Part shown: in pieces, positions 55,174-64,000 of the stretch
How the letters are laid out: the number at the start of each line of letters is the position of its first letter
How positions within the stretch are numbered: position 1 is the stretch's first letter
Source: Amoeboaphelidium protococcarum X5
Lineage: Eukaryota > Fungi > Aphelidiomycota
Length of the DNA stretch: 64,000 bases
Assembly: GCA_023515725.1 (NCBI GenBank)
Contig: JALDTO010000135.1
Span: forward strand, 37,413-101,412
Reading direction: 5' to 3'
Made by a program: the position numbers and the translations under genes
Notes under the pieces: model-generated
What the model was told of the DNA's origin: nothing
The model's database searches: none
What the model saw: only the letters and a program-made list of their open reading frames with translations

Positions 55174-56238
55174 TCAAAATGACTCCTCTTCAATCGATAA
55201 GTTGCAAGACTCACACCGTTTCACAGCCCCTTAAACAGTCCATGAATGAATATGCTTTCTAGAATCAGAAGACTCCTGTGCCGTCCTGTTGTTTCCTTAC
55301 TCATTAAGCAGACTAGTTCTGACGCGTTTCTTCATGTCACGCAAGTTGCTCTTCCGCTTTGACTCGGCGCGTTTACGTTTAAGTTCATCGCGCCTCTCAA
55401 ACTCTGCATCCAGCTCCCCTTCACTCTTCCACACGTGCTTAAACACATAATCTTCCACTTGGCATCGCAGAAATAGGTGCATTTTGGCGTATGTACTTCT
55501 ATGCGGATTCGGCTTCTCCCAATATCGCAAAACTTTGCCAACGACTTTATTCTATCGGACTTCATTCTGTTGAGATGGAGTTTCAACACTTTCCCTTTGA
55601 GTACTTACACTGGACTTTCTCTATTACGCAAGTAATAATTCATAACTGAAAGGCTTGGTGAGACTGCTTTCACTGACAGACTTGATTTCCTCATCTGTAA
55701 TCAAATAATCTTCAATAATCTCAGTCTTGGTCAGCAGCGTATACTTTCCCGGTACTCGGCTTATGCAATCATTACACACCATATAGAGATAATGAGTTAA
55801 GTAATTCATATTCACATTAGCAGAATGGCATTCCGCGCATTCCAACTGTAGACTCAAATCATTTTGTGCCACAGAATCTGAAGACGACGTTGTGAGTGGC
55901 ACGTTCGCCGGGATCATCAGATGCTCATATATGACGTTTTTCTTCTTCTTTTGTTGTTGGGCATTACTACCCGCGGCACCATCAGTTTCAACCAAAAATC
56001 CACCTTTAGAATCTTTTATTTGCGACAGATCGTAATCCACGTATTTTTTCTTTGGCGCCCAATCTTTCATTGACTTTTTACTATTACTTAAATCGCGTGT
56101 AGTAGTATGCTCATCAATGTTCTACTTGGACTGATTCGGAACTATAGCGTTCGCCTTAGCTCTACGCTCCAAGGCATCACGCTTATTTCTTTCAATTCGC
56201 GCTTTCTACTCAGGACTCAGATTACTATTACTACTCAT
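55174..56238 (-). CDS. XPA: DNA repair protein XPA/Rad14
   Basis: EQKARIERNK, DSKGGFL, CAEC...CNDC, KYTLLTKTE...DYLITD, KPNPH..YAKMHLFLRCQVE, C-terminal CESC. Confidence 0.93.
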
Positions 56239-56481
56239 ATCCACCACGTTTGTTTGAAATGATGTTACGTCTATAGATCTTATCACGCTAAGAAAAATGA
56301 ACAAACCCGTCGCCATTTGCTTCAAAGGAACGAGATCACTCAAACAGAAGTTCATCGCTTTGACTCTGTTCCGTCGCATTCTCTCCCTGTAAAACAACCA
56401 CTGTGCCGCTTCATATTCACTATATTTCTATTTGTAGTCTCGCATTATATATATCGGAAACTAATTTTAACTTAACTCATT

Positions 56482-57201
56482 ATGGATGCTGTCAATTAAT
56501 TTCTTTTGGATCCTAAGAATCATGGAATTTTGTCGATTCTGAAAGGTATAAGGAATGGTTTGGTGTATGGAGCCAAGATTCGACTGCCTCATGCGTTTGT
56601 GATGACCTTCCTGTTTAGAGACTAGTTGACTTTCAGGTAGAAGATTAAAGCTATATTGGAAGCTACCTGGCAGCATAGTAAGAACTTGGGTACATTTGTT
56701 GGTATTTATAAGTCTCTACTGTTACTACTCAAGTCCACCAATGGTTAGTAGAAGGAGGAGTAGTGGCACAGTTTCATGAGTGGGTTGATTGGTGGCTATG
56801 TTGTATTCGGTAAAGATAACAATATTAATCAGTAGATTGTATTGTATCTATTCAGTAGAATTATGGTGGGTGCGATCAAGGTGTTATATGCAAGAAACGT
56901 GTTCAAACTCATTGGTTTGATACCATCCGAAGATTTCAAAGGTGGTCGCCGTGCCTCTGCCAGACTTAGCACTGCATCTACCTCCACGTCTGTATCTGGC
57001 AAGTCTGCTCCACTAAGTGCCGGTCTATATGAAGACAAAATCTTCCCTGTATTCGCTGCCGTCGTCTGGGGTGTTGTGATGTACTTGTTCAAGTGGGAAC
57101 GCTTCTCATTACAATCATCTCTGCAAGCGTCCATGCAGTATCTATACAATGATTCCAACGTTTGGAGTAATTTCAGAAATTGGTTAATTCATAATTAATG
57201 A
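56482..57201 (+). CDS. PXMP4: Peroxisomal membrane protein 4 (Tim17 family)
   Basis: KGIRNGLVYGAKIRLPHAFVMTFLF, INQQIVLYLFSR, LQASMQYLYNDSNVW. Ends TAA TGA. Confidence 0.93.
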
Positions 57202-57312
57202 TTTTATTGAAATAATAATGAAAGAGATGTATGTATACCTTTAATTTTTGTATATACCATAAAAACTTTTTTTTCGTCGAATACCAAATCGTTTTATTTT
57301 TAATTGAGCTAA

Positions 57313-58371
57313 ATGTTAGTGGAGTGTGATTTGTGTGGTGATTTTGTGGAATAGAACGATTTGGTTGATCATCTGAATCTTCACCAGGCACTTTAATTGT
57401 CTTTGCAACAGTCTAATGAAGTATCACCAACGACGACAACAAGAGCAGTTGTTACGGTGAATTCCGCACGAGTCAACTTAGATGAACATTTGTTAATAGA
57501 AAAGATTCGCTAATGTCTGAGCAACTAAACTGCCATCTTCTCATTCAGTCTGTGTACGCCTTTGGTCCGCCACTATTCGCAGAGAAATCAGGATGATGCA
57601 AGATTTGGTTGTGGATATAGAAATTTATAAATGCTGCTCTCTAGTCAGCTCAATGGTAGTAATCATTAAGAGGTGCCGTCGATTGAAGATTTACAGCGAT
57701 TTCTTACCGCGGCGTTTCAAAACTAATTTGATCCTGATGGGGCGCGTCATTACGGATACTCTGTGCAAGGATCTTAGTAATGGATCGGTGCCGTTGAGGT
57801 GTTGACCATTCTCTACTCTCGCTATCATTACTCTGCGTATGTAGTTGATTTTGTAGATTCATTTGATGGTTCTGCTGCGTCTAAGCTGATCCGGTATTGT
57901 TGCGCCTACTTCAACAGTTTCGATACGCGACTTTTACATAGCCAGAGATAGTTCTTGGCCGTGTAAACTAATCATTTTTATGACAATTTGTAAGATAAGC
58001 CTCCGCTGTATCTCTAATTTGATGGTCATAGTATCACTATAGTTGGCGTTCTAGTGCGACGATCAACATCACTGAGTCAATAAGAGTTATAAGTTTAAGC
58101 TGGCGATGTGTCATTGATTGTTCTGGATCCTGGTTGGTCTACCTCTGCCATTCAATAGAAACTTTCTAAAGCTGCCATATGGCGAAATGTTCAGTAAGCT
58201 CAGTTGCCACCATAGTTCCTGAAAGACTTGACTTGGCTATCTAGAAAGAATGCGTATCAAGTGGTTGGGCTGCACCACCGGATTGTAAACGATAAAACTG
58301 TGATACTAATGGATGACTCGGCTACTTAAAGAGATAGGGCGCGCGGTGTCTATGATGTAATAAAATCTTGA
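57313..58371 (+). CDS. ZUP1/Mug105-like peptidase C78 deubiquitinase with N-terminal UBZ-type finger
   Basis: CDLC...HLNLH, FGCGYRNLQMLLS, FDPDG, WIGAVE, PLYLQFDGHSITIVG, VLDP. Confidence 0.88.
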
Positions 58372-58419
58372 CCTGTAATTAAATCATCAAATTAAATGGC
58401 TTCATGTCGAATTACAATA

Positions 58420-59175
58420 TCATATACCCATTCTGTTGGTGACTTCAACCTGAGGATGATCAGAGACATTTGGTTTAGTCTCATAGACAGCTTTTACAAC
58501 GCGCAAATTATTAACGGGACCGTTACAAGTGCCAGTGAATCCTACATAAACAATCATCGTAGCAAGTCCATATATATCATCGCTGACATTGTTAGCAGCT
58601 TAAGAATTTAGCATCATTTATCGCGTCTTAAAGTTCCATGGAAAGTATATAGATAGCAGAGTCACATTGCTAAACTTGAAGGGAAGCAACTCGTAGCTGA
58701 TTCTATCACCAGTAGAAGATGGATTAATCAGATCGAATTCCTGACTAACCTGTCCACTGGAGTTAATTTACGAATTACACCCACACTGACCGTTATGAAC
58801 ATGATTATCAGGATTCCACATGGACTCGACATCATTAAAGTCTACGCCTTTATTTGCAAACAGAACCATCCGACTGGGAGCATTCAGTGGATAACTCTAT
58901 GGATCAGTGTTGAGTGAAATGCTCTAAATCTTGACGCTTTAAGTGAACGGAATCACCATAATAATAGACTCATCATACTCGTCAAATGTCGCAGTATCAG
59001 TATCGCTAATACAAGCGCATTTCCCATTCGCCGTCTATTGGGTATTATCACTTTAGTCATTACTATGGAATACATTATACTAATCGAGAGGTTTAAACAC
59101 GGACCTCGCTCTATCCTAATCTATAACATTCAAGAACTTTACATGCTCCACATCTATATACTCTAAAAGATCCAT
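58420..59175 (-). CDS. PITHD1: PITH-domain protein
   Basis: LLEYID, IPFTQSVKIQSI, APSRMVLFAN, KFSNV..LSIYFP.NF, YVGFTG, VYETKPNVSDH. Confidence 0.85.
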
Positions 59176-59557
59176 AATTGTTCCTATTAAAGTTTTCTAT
59201 TTTTAAAATAAGGTTAACTTCCAATGCTACAGTATGTACAGTATAAGTATACAGTGAGATCTGATAAAAGGCAGCCAGAACTGCAGAGGCGATGGAATGA
59301 GGAAGAGAGAGAGCCTGTTTGTAGCGCGCGTCCCATTCAATGATGAAATTCAGCTGATATTTCCAGCGCAGCCGTTTCGCTAGTGGAACTAGTTGATCGT
59401 TTTTCGAATTTCTTCTTCTCTAAAAGGCGCGCGCTTGTGAGGTAATTACTAGTTGTTACTATTCAGTGTATATAGTTATATATCTGTTGCTGCGTTTACA
59501 CTATTAAATCTACTGAGTGAGCCTGTCTATCTGTGTGTACAATTCAAGTGTGCAAGA

Positions 59558-61471
59558 ATGACAGTCTCGTAGATATAGACTGTGATGGAGACTGACTATG
59601 AGCAGTATTAAGAGATTATCCATATTCTCCTTCACTGGCCTTTCTAACGGTCAAAGCAAGAGGTGGCCAATGTGCTCCGGCTTATTGCTGAGGCTCATGA
59701 GAAGGGACATTTGATTTAGGGAGACTAGCAGTTCAGTCTTACTGTGGGAAATATTAAGCTTACCGTGAAAGAGCCTCAGAAGGCGTAATCATCCGTCATT
59801 GTACCTACCATACTGGATGACGTTTAAGATTTCAATGCTGAAGGGATTCATCATTTAGATGAGAATGATATTGATATTGATGATGATGATGATGATGTGG
59901 TGGTAGAGGAGCTAGAATTGGATATGGATAAGATGACATTACACAATCTGACGCGTCCCCTTTAAGCTTAACTGAATGCAGAGTTGAATCGGTATAATTC
60001 TCAGGATGCGCTATCTGTGATCGCAACTGGCACAACAAAGATGTCACCTTCCACTGATTCTTAAATCAAGGATCGTTAACAAGCGGATAAAGATGCTGGC
60101 AAATAGGTATAAGATGATGATGAAGAGGAGGAGGAGGAGGAGGAGGACTATTCGAGTTTCGATGAAGAAGATTTTGAAGAGGCCGACTTTGAATTTCCCA
60201 CCAGGGAGACTATGCTCAAGATGATGAAAGATTTGGGATTCCAACATCTACCTGGGCCATCGTTCACGTTTGATGTGGATAAGAATGTATTTGTCAATGA
60301 GCAAGATGGTACGTAGATTCCACTCTCTGCACCTGATATATCATAAGCCGCTAGTGGTGGTGGTGGTGGTGGTAGTAAAAAGTCTGGTGTCAATTCTAAA
60401 AGCTCTACTGCGAAAAGTAAAGATAGTGCTCTATTGCCAGACTTTATCCTTAATGACAAGATTCAGGAGATGTTCTCTTAATCCATGGAGTAGTTTAAAG
60501 ATGATATGTAGCGTTAAATTGGTATTTCATCATTATCTTCTACGAAAGGTACAATGAAGGCGTAGTCTCCATATCAGTTCAAAGTTACTCAGGTGAAGCC
60601 TTAGTCTCGGCATAATAAACATGGTAGCCTCACGGAACTAGATAAAAAGTTTGGAATGGTCTTTGGTGGGTTCAATATCAATGGGGACCATGTGCCTAGA
60701 AGCAGAAATCATAATAATACCAATCAGTTGAGTGCCAAATAATAGTAGCAGCAGTATAAATAACAATTATCTTAGTTAGATAAGACAATGGTCAAAAAGA
60801 ATAATTAGTTGTTGGATGAAGATTATCAGATTGTGTATGAGGAGAATCTTAAATTGAAGAAATTGACTGAAGCTGCTAAATAGTCTATAAGTGATCAGAT
60901 TGAGTAATAGGCATAGGCACAACGTGACTTTAAATCTCTTACTCAATAATCTCATGGCGGTGTATAGAACATCATCAATGATAATCCGTTGATTAAGAAG
61001 AAGCATGAGCCTACTGGACTATTTCTGTTTGGCTCGGAGGCTGATAAGAACCCTCTCCTTAATGGATCATATGCCACGTTCAAGAATAATCGCGCATGTC
61101 CAGTGCCTCCTGCCGAGCTATTGAATCATATCAGGAATTCGGTGGAGGCTAGGTAGCGTTTATAGTAGCAGTTGTAATCTGGTGTTGGTGGGTAAGGTAG
61201 TGGTAGCTTTGTCGGGCCATCATCATCATCATCTGCTGGTGGTGGTGCAAGAAGTAGTCAAGCTCGTCACTCTTCTAATTCTAATAGTAATATGAATGGC
61301 GGCAATGTCCAGATCAAGTCTGGTTCATTTGAAGATAATCTGAAGGGAATATTTAAAAAGTAATAGTAGCAAAAGCAATAAATTGGTGTCAAGCAGGGAT
61401 CCTCCAAGCCTACTCCATCATCATCCACTGCTGCCGGTCGATCTTCTCGTGATGCTGGTTGTGTGTTTTGA
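59558..61471 (+). CDS. Hypothetical low-complexity protein, 637 aa
   Basis: Long TGA-free frame with acidic, Gly-rich and Gln-rich tracts. Ends DAGCVF*. Confidence 0.75.
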
Positions 61472-61797
61472 CATCTATCTGAATTGTGTCGCAGGCGCTT
61501 TTGTTGCAAATTGGCTACTATCTACACTTGACGTGTCTTATGTAACTAGCGTACAATATAGTTATACACTGCGCACATCCGTTTTTTGTCTCACTATTAC
61601 GTTTATTTTTTAATAATCACATACGCGAACGGAATTACGTAGGAAGTTGATCGTAACTTTTCTCCTTTATGAAACTTCAAACAACTCTGAGGATTACAAC
61701 CTAGCTTTCTATCAAAGTTTAATTATTGTCGCTGAACATTTAAACAACATAGTAAAATTTATTCGCTCAGAACAACATCATTGAGTAGAAATTAGAG

Positions 61798-63357
61798 ATG
61801 CCAGTGTGTAATACTTGTGGAAAGACCATCGCTGGCGGGGAATCGTATGCTCAACTGGATGATGGTGTGAATGTACATGCCCGATGCTTCAATTGTAATC
61901 ACTGTAAATTGCCCCTCCCGGCAGAGTATACTATACATGATTAGAAGTTGTATCATTTGCAATGTGTGGATAAAGAAATCGCTAGCAATTAGACCTCCTC
62001 TGGCGATGGTTGTGCCAAGTGTAAGAAGCCATTACTTCCCGGCGGTAAAGCTGTTCGTATAAATGGTTAGCTGATGCACGCCGACTGTCTCAAATGTGGT
62101 AAATGCAACAAGACAATAGCCGGTGGTCAATATTTTGAAGATTAAGGTGTATGGTATGACGAGGCGTGCTATATGGATGTATTCAGTCCCAAGTGTCGCA
62201 CCTGTAAGCGAGCCATTCTAACTAATGACAAGTACACCACGTACCAGAGTGAAAAGTATCATATCGATTGCTTCCCTAAATGCAGTGTGTGTAAATCCGG
62301 TCTTTTGAGTGATAGTAGCGGTGATAGAGGTGTTAGATTTAAAGAGATTGATGGTGTGTTCACTTGCGACAAATGCATAGAGAAGCGTTACGATCCCGTC
62401 AATAGAGAGTCTGAGTTGGCCAGACGGGAAGCGAAAGCTGGTATTGGTAACAGTGATGTATTTGATAAGTTTGGAGTCACTTATGGTACACCTGTTGCCG
62501 CTAGTAAGAGCTAGAATGTATAAGGTGTGACGAATAATAATCTTTAGGCCAAGACTGAAGTACCTAACGCAAGTAATAAAACCAAAGACTTGCTATCCAA
62601 GTTGAGCAATTAAATTCCGGCATCTGCTGTAAGTAATTCTTCTGTGCCTTTGAAAGTGCCTCCACCACAATCTCCTACTAAAGTTACTGAATAACCAAAG
62701 ACTACTGATAGTTCCAATAACATCAAGCCTTTGGATCAGTCTTAGCCTAATAAACCAAGGAACACGTTTATACCGTCTTAGGAGTCTTTATAAAACAGTG
62801 TGGGTAAAATGGACTCTAAATATAATGTTACAGGGTCTGGTGTCTCAAATACTAGTAAAGCTGTCATTGGAGATTAGTTTAAATCTACTGAGTAAACCAA
62901 AGCTCCTATTGGTGAAAGTAAATCTATTCCAAAGTAGAGCAATACTGTTAGCAGCTCTGTTAAAGAAACTCCTGGTTAGAGTAAAGTTGTCCCTTCTGCT
63001 CCCAAAGCTCCTGAACAAGTGGTATCATCCTAGGAGTAGACGCCTTTGAGAAAGTCATCTAGCTCTAGTGCTCTGCCAACCAATCTGCTGGATCAGATTA
63101 GAAAATCTTCGATTGAAAAACTGAACAAGGTGGATGATGTAAGAGATGCTTCTACGCCATCATTTCTAAGAGAAGAATCTAGTTAAAATTAATCATCTGG
63201 TCTAAAGGCATCACTGTCCAAGTCTTTGAGTAAGATGAACTTGGCATCGAGTGGCGATGATCTATAGAGTGAGTTGTAGCGCTCATTAAGCTCTAAAAGG
63301 CTCGCAATGAGAGAAGCTTCACCTGAACGAGTATTTGCTGACAAGGACGATTGGTGA
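61798..63357 (+). CDS. Three-LIM-domain protein with C-terminal WH2-central-acidic (WCA-like) tail, 519 aa
   Basis: CNTC..H..CFNC..C, CAKC..H..CLKC..C, CRTC..H..CFPKCSVC. NLLDQIRKSSIEKLNKV (WH2). Ends DKDDW*. Confidence 0.85.
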
Positions 63358-63423
63358 AAGGTTTTGTGATATATTTATGAAATTCTATACTTTATGACAG
63401 CTAAATTCATTCACTAAATGGTT

Positions 63424-63444
63424 CTCTCTCTCTCTCTCTCTCTC
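63424..63444. repeat. (CT)n microsatellite
   Basis: ctctctctctctctctctctc between the two convergent WH2 genes. Confidence 0.85.
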
Positions 63445-63504
63445 TGTATACTGTATTCCATATGCTCTTATCAGTAGCACCATGGTAAAGTCATAGCACT
63501 AAAA

Positions 63505-64000
63505 TCAATCCCAATCATCGTCAGCCTCATTACCTCCCTCTTCAATATGCTTTCTCCTATTGTTCAAGTGTGACGATATATTGATGACAGCCTCTTCCGG
63601 TCCATCATCTTCCTCTTCAACGGCAACTTTAGCCTTCATCTTATTCAGAGACTGAGCCAGCGCAGATTACAAGCCACTCTTGCCAAAAGCACTTGCAGAC
63701 ACTTTACCTCCAGCTCCGGCAGCCACGCCTTTACCTTGCGCAGATATCGCTCCATTTCCAACGACATTATCAACTTTCTTGAGAGTCTGGACTGACGCCT
63801 TGCGAATTTGAGACAGCAAATCTCCCTTACTTTCGGGCAACGGCTCTGTGTTGGAGTGAACAAGCGGTGGCGGTGCAGACGCGGTAGATTATTATGAAGA
63901 CGGAGGTGGAGGTGGGGCAGGTAAAGACGAAGCTGACGACTATTGAGGAGGCAATGGCAACTACGCTCTCATCGAATCTGTCAGACTGTGACTTCTCTCG
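63505..64000 (-). CDS. 3' part of a WASP-family-like protein (polyproline, WH2, central, acidic); 5' part lies outside the window
   Basis: PAPPPPS, GDLLSQIRKASVQTLKKV, GLQSALAQSLNKM, HLNNRRKHI, EADDDWD*. Confidence 0.85.

Overview
Eukaryotic nuclear DNA, intron-poor and fungus-like, in which TAA and TAG are read as Gln and TGA is the normal stop. This is why the supplied standard-code ORF track is fragmented. The code plus the opisthokont gene set suggest an aphelid such as Amoeboaphelidium (inference). All coordinates below come from my own re-translation with TAR=Gln. Positions 1-28.1 kb are a mobile-element/accessory zone: a decayed Fanzor (eukaryotic TnpB), a Copia remnant, three Tc1/IS630-type transposase remnants, an intact IS481/IS3-like DDE integrase, an intact Crypton-like tyrosine recombinase, a PD-(D/E)xK nuclease-kinase fusion, two paralogous PD-(D/E)xK-like genes, an alpha-kinase, an Smr-domain gene and an HNH-like membrane protein. 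Positions 28.4-64 kb are a dense block of housekeeping genes: PHB2, cytochrome c heme lyase, SNF5-GATA, Phactr/Bni4-like, RPS8, GTPBP1, FHA-BRCT, ArfGAP, PDE, CaMK, USB1, LEO1, NAA50, XPA, PXMP4, ZUP1-like, PITHD1 and two WH2-C-A proteins. Main highlights: (1) a 319-aa intein in the P-loop of the translational GTPase GTPBP1, a host protein I do not know as an intein carrier; (2) two genes whose conserved C-termini end on TAA with no nearby TGA, hinting at position-dependent dual meaning of TAA; (3) a violaxanthin-de-epoxidase-like secreted lipocalin in a non-photosynthetic lineage; (4) a LIM-domain protein with a WASP-like WCA tail.
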